DNA of 64,000 nt from a virus: IMG/VR virus record IMGVR_UViG_3300025598_000020. One strand, written 5' to 3'. Both the position numbers and the translations under genes were made by a program. Within the stretch, counting starts at the first letter, position 1, and the number at the start of each line of letters is the position of its first letter. Positions 39,479-49,882 of this stretch are shown piece after piece. A model generated the notes under the pieces. It did not search any database. It worked only from the letters and a program-made list of their open reading frames with translations, and was not told the DNA's origin.

Positions 39479-41551
39479 TTAGTTCTTTGCGTTGACAGTA
39501 ACACTTACTGCTGCTGGGTCATATGGGTCTATTGTAATGATTCTATTATATGAAGAAGAAATAATTGTTGTGGTTGGTACTGTTGAGATAGTCAGTTGAC
39601 CTAATTCATTATCAATATTGATTGGATTAAAGTTTGTTAATGTAATAATACCATTTGTGTAATCAATTGTTCCTACATTGGCATTTAGAATTGTTTTAAC
39701 ATTTAATGTATTGTTGTAATATGTTCTTAATGTACCAAATTGACCTTGTAGGTTAACCGTTACTGCACCATTTGTGCCTGTTGTATCATTGGCCAAAGGT
39801 GTAATAGTTGCAATTGCACTTGTATAACCAGAACCTACATTAGTTATTGTGACAGCAGAAATACTTCCGTTGACAATTGTTGCGGTTGCGGTTGCACCAG
39901 AACCATCTCCAGATATAGTGATTGTTGGTGCATATTGATAACCAAAACCAGGATTCAATATCGAAATTGATGAGATGCCACTTGTAGAAGATGGAATTTC
40001 TTCAATGAATACACCATCAATAATACTTGCATTGTTTGCTGGGTCAACAAATTGCATAGCTGGTGTACTTGATACACCACTTTGGAACATACCTTTTTGT
40101 AATGAACTATTGTAATACAATGTGTATGTTTCAGAAGTTCCTAATGTTGGATAGAATTTCTTTTGTAAATTTAGTTTGAAATCACTGGTTATGACAGAAG
40201 GATCATAATTGTTAATTGTACTCAATACGTCAAATGAACTGAATGTGGAGTTAAAAGTATTCAAATTGTTAGCTGCATAACCATAAATGGCCTGTTGAAT
40301 GCCTGTTTTTAATGCAGATGGTGTTAATGTTGTTTGTGATTGATTGAACAATACATTTGATGTGACCTGAAAATATGTGTAATCTGGGTCTATAATTGTG
40401 GGTTGAACTGTCAAAACACTATATGGTTTCAGTACTTGATTGGCAATTAATTGTTTTTGTGTTGCAGTTAAGTCATATGCACCAGTTGGTTTTAGAGAAA
40501 TAAACACTTGGCCATATGCTGGTGGATTGTTTTCTTCTCCACCCCATACAGATACTGCATCAAAACTGATACCCAAATTATTTTGTTGTAGTAATGTAAT
40601 GTAGTCATTTTTTGTAACTGCACGACCTTGAGCCGCAAATGCTTTTGGTGCTTGAAACTTAATAGAATCAATATCTTCTTTATTTTCACCTTGTGTGGCA
40701 GAAAGATAAGGAGTTATGGTAACTGTACTATATGGTGCAAAGTTGGTCATCAAAGTAAAACCATTTGCTAATCCACCCGCAGTACCTTTTGTAGAAACAT
40801 AGGTAACTTTAATAACATTACCATCACTAAGTTTTTGACCTAAAATACCATCTCCAAAATAAATTTGGTAGTTGCCATCTGTTGCTTCTTGTAAAAAATA
40901 TACCGGATCAGTTGGTGTTAGTTCCAAATAATTGGTTGTTGGATAGAATACTTGTTGTGAGGTATTAGATGTTGATTGTTTAACCGTAACAGACATTGTG
41001 GATGTATCAATACCTGAATCGGGAATCTCAAAAATATATTTTGGATTTGTCGTGCTGTTGACTGTAAACGTATAGTTTTGCACTGAGCCTTGTTTGATTT
41101 CAACACCATTGAATGTGGCCACATTGGCACTTACAGGTACGGTTGTTTCATTCAATGTTACATAATTATAATTTATGTTGTTGATAGCTTCAGAACGGAA
41201 ACTTGTATATTGTGGAAGTGTATATGTACTAGTTGTTATTCCGGTGAATCTAAGATTGATAACAGCAACAGGACCAACAGCTGAACGTGGCACATAATTC
41301 AACATTTTTGCATGGGAAACCACAGATGAACGTTGTATCGCAGAGTCCAAGAACATTTCATTGGCTACCATGTTCAAATAGAAAGCATTGTATTGTGTAT
41401 TGTATGCAAGAACATCCAACAAAGTAGACAAAGAAGAACCTGTGAAGTTATAATCTTTGAAAGTATCTTGTGTTTGCAGATAATTGATGAAGTTCTGCTT
41501 AATGTTACTAAAATCTAAGCTAGCAACTTGAACATTTGTATTAGATGCCAT
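39479..41551 (-). CDS. gp6: Baseplate wedge subunit (T4 gp6-like)
   Basis: LDFSNIK, LLDVLAYNT, EMFLDSA, YFGDGILG, RAVTKNDY. Confidence 0.95.
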   Translation of the reverse strand: MASNTNVQVASLDFSNIKQNFINYLQTQDTFKDYNFTGSSLSTLLDVLAYNTQYNAFYLNMVANEMFLDSAIQRSSVVSHAKMLNYVPRSAVGPVAVINLRFTGITTSTYTLPQYTSFRSEAINNINYNYVTLNETTVPVSANVATFNGVEIKQGSVQNYTFTVNSTTNPKYIFEIPDSGIDTSTMSVTVKQSTSNTSQQVFYPTTNYLELTPTDPVYFLQEATDGNYQIYFGDGILGQKLSDGNVIKVTYVSTKGTAGGLANGFTLMTNFAPYSTVTITPYLSATQGENKEDIDSIKFQAPKAFAAQGRAVTKNDYITLLQQNNLGISFDAVSVWGGEENNPPAYGQVFISLKPTGAYDLTATQKQLIANQVLKPYSVLTVQPTIIDPDYTYFQVTSNVLFNQSQTTLTPSALKTGIQQAIYGYAANNLNTFNSTFSSFDVLSTINNYDPSVITSDFKLNLQKKFYPTLGTSETYTLYYNSSLQKGMFQSGVSSTPAMQFVDPANNASIIDGVFIEEIPSSTSGISSISILNPGFGYQYAPTITISGDGSGATATATIVNGSISAVTITNVGSGYTSAIATITPLANDTTGTNGAVTVNLQGQFGTLRTYYNNTLNVKTILNANVGTIDYTNGIITLTNFNPINIDNELGQLTISTVPTTTIISSSYNRIITIDPYDPAAVSVTVNAKN

Positions 41552-41943
41552 TATCTGGACCTTTGAAGAAAGAGATTAACATTTGTTGGTGTAGTATTAT
41601 TTCCAATAAAAAAGGTCAAGGTGACGCTGAAACCATTTTTATCCGTTGAAAGTTGCACATCAATATTACTAATTTTTGCTCTTGGTTCAAAATTTGCAAC
41701 AACATTTTGAATTTCATCAGCCAAAATACTTGAAGTGACATTAGTTGCAGGTTCAAACAATAAACCAGTTAAATTGGATCCAACGGTTGGTTGAAATGGT
41801 CTCTCATAAAAGTTTGTCAATAATAGATTTCTTACAGAAGCTATTACCGCCTGGTCGTCATAACGCAGGGCAACATCTTTTGTTACCGGTAACATTCTAA
41901 ATGTTAAGTCTAAGTCTGAATAGATTTTCTGTAAATTTGCCAT
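41551..41943 (-). CDS. gp25: Baseplate wedge subunit (T4 gp25-like)
   Basis: YSDLDL, VRNLLLTNFYERPF, FEPRA. Confidence 0.93.
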   Translation of the reverse strand: MANLQKIYSDLDLTFRMLPVTKDVALRYDDQAVIASVRNLLLTNFYERPFQPTVGSNLTGLLFEPATNVTSSILADEIQNVVANFEPRAKISNIDVQLSTDKNGFSVTLTFFIGNNTTPTNVNLFLQRSR

Positions 41944-41950
41944 CTGTTAT

Positions 41951-42775
41951 TTATGAGTTCAAATGGGCCTTTAATGCAGGAGTACCAATATAATTGTTTA
42001 AAAGAAAGTTTTGTGACTGTCCAAGATTATTAAGACCACTCAATTTGTTATAATCATGTATCACATTTGCAGAATTTTGAAAGAATTGTGAGTCTTGCTG
42101 TGGATAGTAATACATGACAAAATTGGCAGTTGAAACTACATTTTGTAAGGCTAGAGCGTTTGCGGTACTTATACTTGTAATGTATGTATTTGTTATAAAA
42201 TCATATGTTATGGAGTTTGATAAAATAATAGTCAATGTGTTCATTGAACTATACAAGTTGGCCAAAGTATTACCTAATGTAACACTTGAAAAATTACCCA
42301 TAATAACAGAAGTGTTTGCAATACCATCAGTTTGACTTGTGATGTATGACAACATTTTACCTTGAGCCGTAGCTGTGGTGTAATGTGGTGTCGTTGTGTC
42401 AGAATCTGGTGGAATAACGTTGGATTCTTTATTTGTTACATACAAATAGTTATTTGCTGTTGTGTTTGCTAATGTGACAGATGTTGCAACTATATTAGCC
42501 AACGCAGTTGTTACGGTTGGGTCCGATGATGTTAAATTGGCTGTAAGTCCAACCAGAGTATTTGACGTATTCCAAATTAACTGTGTCACATTTGCCACAG
42601 GATTCACAAAAAAACCATCAGTTCCGGTGCCAGTAGCCAAAGCATTAGCTTGCCATGGTTTCAATAACGATGGCAAAATTGTCATTTGTGTATTTACATT
42701 ACTACTGTAAGTTGATGACAATGAATTGATTGTTGGATTACTCGAATTGAAACCTAATCTTGCGTAAACGCTCAT
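41951..42775 (-). CDS. Hypothetical structural protein
   Basis: 274-aa ORF inside the baseplate operon. Confidence 0.6.
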   Translation of the reverse strand: MSVYARLGFNSSNPTINSLSSTYSSNVNTQMTILPSLLKPWQANALATGTGTDGFFVNPVANVTQLIWNTSNTLVGLTANLTSSDPTVTTALANIVATSVTLANTTANNYLYVTNKESNVIPPDSDTTTPHYTTATAQGKMLSYITSQTDGIANTSVIMGNFSSVTLGNTLANLYSSMNTLTIILSNSITYDFITNTYITSISTANALALQNVVSTANFVMYYYPQQDSQFFQNSANVIHDYNKLSGLNNLGQSQNFLLNNYIGTPALKAHLNS

Positions 42776-42781
42776 AATATA

Positions 42782-43585
42782 TTAAACTCCTATTTCTTGT
42801 GGAATTGGTGGACCCGTTGGTCCTTTAGGTGATATATGTATGTGTGCATTGTGTAGACTTAAATTAACCGTATCATAAGCCCATAATGCACTCATAACAC
42901 CAAATTCACCAAGTGGTGCAGAAACTTCAGCTAATGCGGTGACTGAACCTGGCGTTGCAATTGGTATTCCAGCAGAAACGCCACCCAAAACTGTAACAAA
43001 TCCTTCTACACCTGCACTCATGCCGGTCAAAGCGTCTATTCGACCAGTGGATGTTATTTTGCCAGCTGTAATCTCACCATCAACGGTCAAATCACCTGTG
43101 ATATGTTGGTAGTCACCTGTGTTTAATTTCAATCCACCACCAAGAGAACCACCTGCATTGATAACCGTATCACCAATTGAAGTTATACTGTATACACCTT
43201 GAACAACTTGTGTGAAATTTCCTTGTACATGTTGTTCAACATTACCATCAACCTGTTCAATTAAGTCTCCCGCAACATGAAGCTCGCAATCGCCTTGAAC
43301 TTCAATTTTCATTCTGCCTTGCACCAATAAATTTTTATTTTTAATTGTGATTTCATATCCATCACCATAAACCTTATGCACCTCATCACCATTAGGATGC
43401 ATTTCAATGAATGTACCTGTGCGGTGTTGCAGTCTTACACGTTCTCTTGTTGGTGTGTCATCCAATTCAAATGAATGTCCACTAGGTGTTTGTGTGGCAT
43501 TATTATATGGGTATACTGGTTGATATTGTGAATTGGCTGCCGATTCAGGCTCTGTCCATGCTGTAAAAAAATCTGGTTGATCCAT
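42782..43585 (-). CDS. gp5: Central spike C-terminal part (gp5 beta-helix) with HxH apex
   Basis: YPYN..T.SGH.FE.DDTP..ER..HRTGTF.E motif of T4-like gp5; VxG repeats; ends HIH..GPTGPP. Confidence 0.85.
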   Translation of the reverse strand: MDQPDFFTAWTEPESAANSQYQPVYPYNNATQTPSGHSFELDDTPTRERVRLQHRTGTFIEMHPNGDEVHKVYGDGYEITIKNKNLLVQGRMKIEVQGDCELHVAGDLIEQVDGNVEQHVQGNFTQVVQGVYSITSIGDTVINAGGSLGGGLKLNTGDYQHITGDLTVDGEITAGKITSTGRIDALTGMSAGVEGFVTVLGGVSAGIPIATPGSVTALAEVSAPLGEFGVMSALWAYDTVNLSLHNAHIHISPKGPTGPPIPQEIGV

Positions 43586-43594
43586 TCAAAGTCC

Positions 43595-44530
43595 TTAAGG
43601 TTGAGATGCTGTTTTTGCAGTTGTACCATAAGATGGTGTAGCTGACGCAACTGTTTCCGTTATATGATTGGTTAATGCACCAGCTGATGCAGCGGTTGGA
43701 TTAGTTACAGCATTTACTACTGCACTATTCAATGTGCTACCATAACTAGCGGTACTGTTAGTCAGTTGATTAATTGCACCACTAGTTATATTGTGTATGT
43801 TTGTTTGTGATTGAATGTTATTTACGGTTGAATTCAAAGAATTTTTAAAATTTGTCAAACAATGTGCCACAATTGCTTTTAATTGTGCTGGTAAAGTTTC
43901 TATCCATGTGATAATTTGTTGTAAATCTTTGGCTAAATTAACAATCAGAGATACATCATAAACAATTTGAGCAGCTCTATTGATTGCTTCAGTAACCAGT
44001 CTAACATAGTATTTGGCTGTAGAAAAGGAAAGAGATGCAACACCTGTTGGATCAAGATTTAATGCTGATAATATACCAGTCACGATAAGTCTGAAACCTT
44101 GTTGTAGTTGACTAATGGCTGCACGAATTGCATTAGCTGCGGCCATCTTACCATTCTTAACTGCATTTTGAAGTGCCGCAATGGGATTAATCAATCCACC
44201 TAAATCCAAACCAAGACTAAAAGTAAACTTGAAGTCACAAACGTGTGATAAATCTGCATTGTTAGTTGCTAATGAGGCATTTGCCAATGAACCTCTTGAA
44301 AGGCCTGGTGTGGTTTGTGAACCGGCCGTGTAGAAGAATCCACCATTTGGTAACTGTGGTGATTTTAATTCAAAGACTGCACCAACTGGAGAAATATTTG
44401 TTGGTGCTGCATTGACAAAAGATGTAGTAAAAGCATTCTCAGCACTAGTTATTGCACCAGTTACTGTGTTATAAATTATGTTGCTTGCGTTGTTAACCGA
44501 ACTTGCTGCTATATCTGATGCTGTTGCCAT
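43595..44530 (-). CDS. Helical hypothetical protein between the two gp5 parts
   Basis: 311-aa ORF with HVCD motif, Ala/Leu-rich helices; coupled via TAATG. Confidence 0.65.
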   Translation of the reverse strand: MATASDIAASSVNNASNIIYNTVTGAITSAENAFTTSFVNAAPTNISPVGAVFELKSPQLPNGGFFYTAGSQTTPGLSRGSLANASLATNNADLSHVCDFKFTFSLGLDLGGLINPIAALQNAVKNGKMAAANAIRAAISQLQQGFRLIVTGILSALNLDPTGVASLSFSTAKYYVRLVTEAINRAAQIVYDVSLIVNLAKDLQQIITWIETLPAQLKAIVAHCLTNFKNSLNSTVNNIQSQTNIHNITSGAINQLTNSTASYGSTLNSAVVNAVTNPTAASAGALTNHITETVASATPSYGTTAKTASQP

Positions 44531-44907
44531 TATGTTCCACTTTCTTCTTCTGAACTTGAATAATCAGTTGAACCAGTTGTAACAGATGATGAGGTTGCTG
44601 TGTTGGCGGCTGCAAAACCAGGCAATACACCCATCATAATAGGAAACTGACCACTTTCACCGTCCATAAAAAACCCTAAAACCCAATCACCTATCTCAAG
44701 TGGTTGGAATTGTTTAGCTGTATTTATTGAGTTCATTGGATGAGCCCAAGGTAAATCTGTGGTAGGAATTAAACTTGTATCGTCTGTATGCCAACCAAAG
44801 ATACGGACTTGACAACGACCAAGTGCAAGCGGATCAACTCTATTTTCAACTGCACCGACCCACCATATAAAACCATTAAGTCCTGCAAAATTATTTACTG
44901 TTTTCAT
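44530..44907 (-). CDS. gp5: Central spike N-terminal OB-fold part (gp5 N)
   Basis: WWVGAVENRVDPLALGRCQVR..LPWA..WVLGFFMDG..P.MMG. Confidence 0.9.
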   Translation of the reverse strand: MKTVNNFAGLNGFIWWVGAVENRVDPLALGRCQVRIFGWHTDDTSLIPTTDLPWAHPMNSINTAKQFQPLEIGDWVLGFFMDGESGQFPIMMGVLPGFAAANTATSSSVTTGSTDYSSSEEESGT

Positions 44908-46266
44908 TTAACCACCCACTGCTGTTTTCCAAGCAGAAGACTCAACTGGAATATCTGGATACTGATTTGGAACACTTTCTTTGGCTATTTCCATAACAGT
45001 CTTATAGTCATTTTGCGTCACCAAATGTCTCACCGCAGTAACTAGATAGTTTCCAGAATAAAATAAATCCAAACCTTTGCTGGATGGGTCTCGTGATATC
45101 AATTCAAATTCAATAACAGTACCAACAGTAAGATTTGGGTCACCAGGAACAGAAACTTTAAGTCTTGTATAGTTTGCTAAGGCTAACTGTGCTGTCCTAT
45201 ATGGTATGTATGTCTCTGCAAAAATGTTTGGTGCAACAGAACCTGGATTGGCTTGCACTACTGCATTATTAGCTTCATCAAAGTTGGAAAAAACCAATTT
45301 AAGTGTAGCTTGGTTTGTTTCGTTTAGTTTTTTGCCAAAACGGTTTTGATAGTTGTTTGTTATCGGATAGTTATTCAAACCACCTGTAGAACTATCATTC
45401 CAATACGCAAAGTAGTCAAAATTAGTTGTCATTCTCTTTCTTGTTAGAATGTCTACAGATAACAACTGATTGGCAAACATGCCAGAATTGATAGCATTTA
45501 ATGTATCATATGAATCTAGTATTTCATATGTTGTTACATTAAGAACTTCTTCTGTTAGATTTGCTTCATTGATATTTTTTGGATCATAACGATAAGTATT
45601 ATAGACGGTCAAATTATTACCGTCTGTTAAGGTCTGTAACGATTTGAAGTTAAACCCTTTGTTGTTTTCAAAAAACAACATATCCGCACCTGTGAATTTG
45701 TCTCCTGCGGAGTTACCATCATTTGGTCTAGCATATGTTGATAACCAATTGATAGCATCTAATGGCTTTAATTTCGGTATAACAAAACTATAGACACCAT
45801 AAGTCTCATCAATACTTAATCTGTCACTACTAATCCCCAATCCAGTTGTGCAAATATCTGTAATAACTTGGTTTATCTGTTGATTTGGATAAGATTTACT
45901 GAGTTTATACTGTTCTGAAACCAAAAGTTCTTCTGAACAAAATTGTAAACAAAAGGCTTCAGTATACATTGTACCACTAAGTTTTCTTTTGTCCATTTTA
46001 TAAACACGAAACTTTTTACTGATTATATCATTAGTATCAGCATACTTACTGAAGTTCAAAAGTAAGAATTCATTTCCCGTCAATGACAAAAGTTCCGAAT
46101 ATGCATTTGATTCTGTTACCATGACATAACCAGAAACCACACCACCAAACAAATCTTCATGGTATGATATTTCATTCATAATGTAACGCAGGTCGATAAA
46201 ACCGACCGAAGTCATTAGTGTTACCGTATCAAGTTGATAGTCACGGGTATTAAGAATTCCAGACAC
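44908..46266 (-). CDS. Baseplate hub protein (gp27-like)
   Basis: ISYHEDLF, FFEN.KGFNFKS, VPGDPNLTVG, SGNYLVTAVRH; lies between gp53 and gp5. Confidence 0.7.
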   Translation of the reverse strand: MSGILNTRDYQLDTVTLMTSVGFIDLRYIMNEISYHEDLFGGVVSGYVMVTESNAYSELLSLTGNEFLLLNFSKYADTNDIISKKFRVYKMDKRKLSGTMYTEAFCLQFCSEELLVSEQYKLSKSYPNQQINQVITDICTTGLGISSDRLSIDETYGVYSFVIPKLKPLDAINWLSTYARPNDGNSAGDKFTGADMLFFENNKGFNFKSLQTLTDGNNLTVYNTYRYDPKNINEANLTEEVLNVTTYEILDSYDTLNAINSGMFANQLLSVDILTRKRMTTNFDYFAYWNDSSTGGLNNYPITNNYQNRFGKKLNETNQATLKLVFSNFDEANNAVVQANPGSVAPNIFAETYIPYRTAQLALANYTRLKVSVPGDPNLTVGTVIEFELISRDPSSKGLDLFYSGNYLVTAVRHLVTQNDYKTVMEIAKESVPNQYPDIPVESSAWKTAVGG

Positions 46267-46270
46267 TTTA

Positions 46271-46927
46271 TTATCCTAATAATGAAGACAGTTGTTTTTC
46301 TAGTGCTCCAGCAAGATTCACATTTACAAGATTGATGCTTCGTTTAGCTTCATTAACTTGAACCTCATATTCAAAAATGCTTTGTGGTGCTGCAGCTGTT
46401 ATAACAGTTACACCTGCACCACTAGGTAATACAGCATTTTGAGTACCTTGAATTACATTTACATATGCATTTTCATCAATAATATAGATGTTTGTATTTG
46501 ATTCTCTTGATGTTGAATCTATTGTGGTTATTGTTTCAACATATTGGTATACGGTATTTTGTGTATATGTTAAAATTTGTGAAGATGTTACATTTGCAAC
46601 CGAAATATTTAATGAATTGGCTGTTGCTGATGCATACTTATCAACCAAATAATCATTGAACAAATTAGGATTCATTGGCCAATCACCAATAGAGTCGAAA
46701 AGTTGACTACCAAACATGGTAATCCAATATCTATAACTGTCACCATAATACTTTTGAGCAATGATATCTGGTGTATCACCATCTTTAATGTTATATGAAT
46801 AGAACACTAAAGCATTGTTCAATACAGTTGGAATAATTTCCGTTCTCTCCATGATGTTTGTTACATTGACAAAATTGCCATTGTAATCAGTCACTTTAAT
46901 GGTGGGAAATTGTTGAAAGTATTTCAT
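46271..46927 (-). CDS. gp53: Baseplate wedge subunit (T4 gp53-like)
   Basis: YF..FP start; GDTPDIIAQKYYGDS..W; NEAKRSI. Confidence 0.9.
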   Translation of the reverse strand: MKYFQQFPTIKVTDYNGNFVNVTNIMERTEIIPTVLNNALVFYSYNIKDGDTPDIIAQKYYGDSYRYWITMFGSQLFDSIGDWPMNPNLFNDYLVDKYASATANSLNISVANVTSSQILTYTQNTVYQYVETITTIDSTSRESNTNIYIIDENAYVNVIQGTQNAVLPSGAGVTVITAAAPQSIFEYEVQVNEAKRSINLVNVNLAGALEKQLSSLLG

Positions 46928-47967
46928 TATCGTAATCCAGCAACAGAATTTGGTGAAGTTGTAACAGTTGGTGAACCGACAGTTGCACCATAACCAGCAG
47001 CAATTTTTGCTTTTGTAACAATTTCAATTTCTTGGAATGATAGTGACAATTGTGTTTGAACAGGTGCACCATCATTGTGAGCTGCAAAACCATTTGGTGC
47101 ATAATTGACATCAATATCAGTTAATACACAATCACCATATCTCGGTAAAAATTGATTCTCATTATTATTGAACATAAATTCAATATTGAAGAAAGATGGT
47201 GGTATAAAGAACATACCACTAACTGCATTACCGGCTAACAGTAAGTCTGGTGCAAAATGGTATTTAAACGTTCCAATAATTTGATTAACCATTGTTGCTT
47301 CTGCTTGAGATGCTGGTGTAAACACAAAGTTTAATTGAAATTTTCTAAAACCAAGACCACGATAAATGACTTGCAATTGTGGGTTAATAGCAAAACCTTG
47401 TGAATTAAGTGCAATGTCGGTAACTCCACTACCACTTAAATCTATTGAAGTTTTGCCCACTTTTATGTTACTCAAAAATTTATTAAACGAAGATGCACCT
47501 GCATAAATTGCTGCTGGGTCAGAAGCACTAGCCGATGCTGAATTTTTTGATGCATTATCTTTTCCAGCAAATGATTGTATAGCTTGTAAACCTTGAATAC
47601 CTTTACCCAAATCGTTTGTTATACTCAATTCGTCATAAGAAGCATTGTATGATGCAGTCAAACTATCTGGCATGTATAAACAAATTACACCGACCGCATC
47701 TTGAACTGGGGTTTGAAAGTTCAATGATAATAATCTATCGATAACTCCTTTTGATTCTGTGGAATCTGGGTTTGTGCTAGATACTGGTGTTGACGGATTT
47801 ACTTTTTTGATAGAAAACTTAACGTAATGGTTTTTAGTTGAAGAACCCAAATCGGCTGGATAAACCAATGGTGTCAGACCTGGACTTTTTTGATCCAAGG
47901 CGGCTAAAGGTCCAGTGGTCTGGTCTGCTGATGGTCCAGTTGAAATGGAAGTTATATCTATTGCCAT
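46927..47967 (-). CDS. gp48: Baseplate tail-tube cap (T4 gp48-like)
   Basis: LVYPADL, LYMPDS, NPQLQVIY..R.F, CVLTDIDVNYAPNG, LSFQEIE. Confidence 0.85.
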   Translation of the reverse strand: MAIDITSISTGPSADQTTGPLAALDQKSPGLTPLVYPADLGSSTKNHYVKFSIKKVNPSTPVSSTNPDSTESKGVIDRLLSLNFQTPVQDAVGVICLYMPDSLTASYNASYDELSITNDLGKGIQGLQAIQSFAGKDNASKNSASASASDPAAIYAGASSFNKFLSNIKVGKTSIDLSGSGVTDIALNSQGFAINPQLQVIYRGLGFRKFQLNFVFTPASQAEATMVNQIIGTFKYHFAPDLLLAGNAVSGMFFIPPSFFNIEFMFNNNENQFLPRYGDCVLTDIDVNYAPNGFAAHNDGAPVQTQLSLSFQEIEIVTKAKIAAGYGATVGSPTVTTSPNSVAGLR

Positions 47968-48000
47968 TAATTTCTCTAAAAAAGATTATACATACTATTT

Positions 48001-48435
48001 ATGGCTTATTCTGGCAAATTTACACCTAAGAATCCACAGAAGTACGTGGGTGACTATACCAATATTATTTATCGCTCGTCTTGGGAGGCGAGGGTGATGA
48101 CTTGGCTCGACAAAGAACCAAGTATAGTATCATGGGCTTCAGAAGAACTTATAGTACCTTACATTTCACCTGTGGATGGTAAAAAACATAGGTATTTTCC
48201 AGATTTTCTGGTCAAAGTTAGAAACAAAGACGGTCAGTTAAAGACCATGTTGATTGAGATTAAACCTAAAAAACAGGCTATGGAACCTGTTAAGAAGAAA
48301 AGAGTTACTAAACAATATATCCAAGAAGTGGTTACTTATAGTGTCAACCAAGCCAAATGGAAGGCTGCAACCGAATATTGTTTAGACAGAGGTTGGGATT
48401 TCAAAGTTTTGACTGAAGAACATCTTGGATTCTAA
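48001..48435 (+). CDS. gp4: Head completion nuclease (T4 gp4-like)
   Basis: YSGKF.PKNP.KY, YRSSWE, HRYFPDF, NQAKW. Confidence 0.95.
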   Translation: MAYSGKFTPKNPQKYVGDYTNIIYRSSWEARVMTWLDKEPSIVSWASEELIVPYISPVDGKKHRYFPDFLVKVRNKDGQLKTMLIEIKPKKQAMEPVKKKRVTKQYIQEVVTYSVNQAKWKAATEYCLDRGWDFKVLTEEHLGF

Positions 48436-48447
48436 CCTAAATATATT

Positions 48448-49077
48448 ATGACTTCAAAACTTACATCACTCGCAGAAGCAAAGAAACTAAATGGACATAA
48501 AACTATGTCCAAAGATGCCGTATCTTGGCTTCAAGATAAGATAGATGAGATTAAAAGACCGTCTGCAATACCAAATACTATTAAAGGTGAGGTAAACAGA
48601 CACAAACAACAAGGCCAGTTAAGAATTGGCATGTTATATTGTTATTATTATGACCCTAAGACTAAAGATGATTTGCCATATTGGGACAGATTTCCAATGG
48701 TGTTGGTCTTAGAAAAGTATAATGATGGATTTCTTGGTTTAAATTTGCACTACTTGCCAGTCAGATATCGTATTGCATTTTTACAGAAGTTAATGAAGTA
48801 TGCTCAGTTGACACCTGAACAAGATATTAGAAGAATGAGAATTTCTTATGATATCTTACAGTCAACCAAAAGATTTGCAGAGTTTAGGCCATGTTTGAAA
48901 CGATATTTGTTTAGTCATATGAGGTCTAGATTGTTGATGATAGAACCTGATGAGTGGGATGTAGCAACCATGTTACCTATCCAACAATTTAGAGGTGCAA
49001 AACCACAAAAAGTTTGGATGGATTCAGTAAAAGAGTACAAAGAGCATATGGCTCATTTTAACCAAGACGAAGAATAA
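48448..49077 (+). CDS. gp2: DNA end protector protein (T4 gp2-like)
   Basis: YDPKTK..LPYWD.FP, GLNLHYLP, CLKRYL. Confidence 0.93.
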   Translation: MTSKLTSLAEAKKLNGHKTMSKDAVSWLQDKIDEIKRPSAIPNTIKGEVNRHKQQGQLRIGMLYCYYYDPKTKDDLPYWDRFPMVLVLEKYNDGFLGLNLHYLPVRYRIAFLQKLMKYAQLTPEQDIRRMRISYDILQSTKRFAEFRPCLKRYLFSHMRSRLLMIEPDEWDVATMLPIQQFRGAKPQKVWMDSVKEYKEHMAHFNQDEE

Positions 49078-49856
49078 TGGCACTAGTAGACTTTATTTCA
49101 TCTTTCACAACTGATGTAGCAAGACCTAATAAGTTTGATGCTACTATTGTTGTTCCTGGTCTGTTAAGAGACTATAATCCAATACTACGCAACCTAACTT
49201 TGCGTTGTGAAGCTACTGAATTGCCTGGTAGAACATTTGGTACAGTAGAACAAAAGTTTGGTTCTAATCCAACAACCAAATTTCCAATGCATTCATCATA
49301 CAATGACCTAACAATGACATTTATTGTATCTGGTGATATGTCTGAAAAAACATTTTTTGATGTATGGATGGAATATATTAATCCAACCACATCATTTGAC
49401 TTTGATTATAAACAAAACTTTGCTGGCACAATCAACATTAAACAATACGACCTGCAAGATGTAATTGTTTATTCTGTTAACCTCTTTAATGCATATCCTA
49501 TTGCCGTCAATCAAATGGATTTAGATTGGTCTAATGACGGTTTTCATAAACTGACTGTGGTTTTTGCTTATGATTACTGGCAAAATGCTGGTATCGAAAA
49601 TCTAGGAAACTTATTGCCAGCATACAATCAATCAGGTTTATCATTTAATTCATTCTTTGACCAAGGCACAGCAAGTGATTTCTTTACACCACAAATTGCT
49701 ACCAATACATTGACAACAATTCCTGACAATCAATACGACCAGTCTTTAGTTGATTCTTTTGCAGAACAACAACGTGCTGAAGCTGCTGCAAATTATGAAG
49801 CAGAACAAGAACAGAATCAAGCAGCAATTGATGCTGCTTTATCTGGAGAAGAATAA
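49077..49856 (+). CDS. gp54: Baseplate tail-tube initiator (gp54/gp19 family)
   Basis: ARPNKF, CEATELPG, FFDVW, AYP..V..MDLDW. Confidence 0.75.
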   Translation: MALVDFISSFTTDVARPNKFDATIVVPGLLRDYNPILRNLTLRCEATELPGRTFGTVEQKFGSNPTTKFPMHSSYNDLTMTFIVSGDMSEKTFFDVWMEYINPTTSFDFDYKQNFAGTINIKQYDLQDVIVYSVNLFNAYPIAVNQMDLDWSNDGFHKLTVVFAYDYWQNAGIENLGNLLPAYNQSGLSFNSFFDQGTASDFFTPQIATNTLTTIPDNQYDQSLVDSFAEQQRAEAAANYEAEQEQNQAAIDAALSGEE

Positions 49857-49882
49857 TTTTATTTTTAATGGAGTGAATTATA

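Noticed and set aside
42782-44907. gp5 as a pseudogene, or stop-codon recoding joining the parts
   Set aside because: Each part has intact motifs and tight start/stop spacing; TAA, TAG and TGA all end conserved genes elsewhere, so the standard code applies
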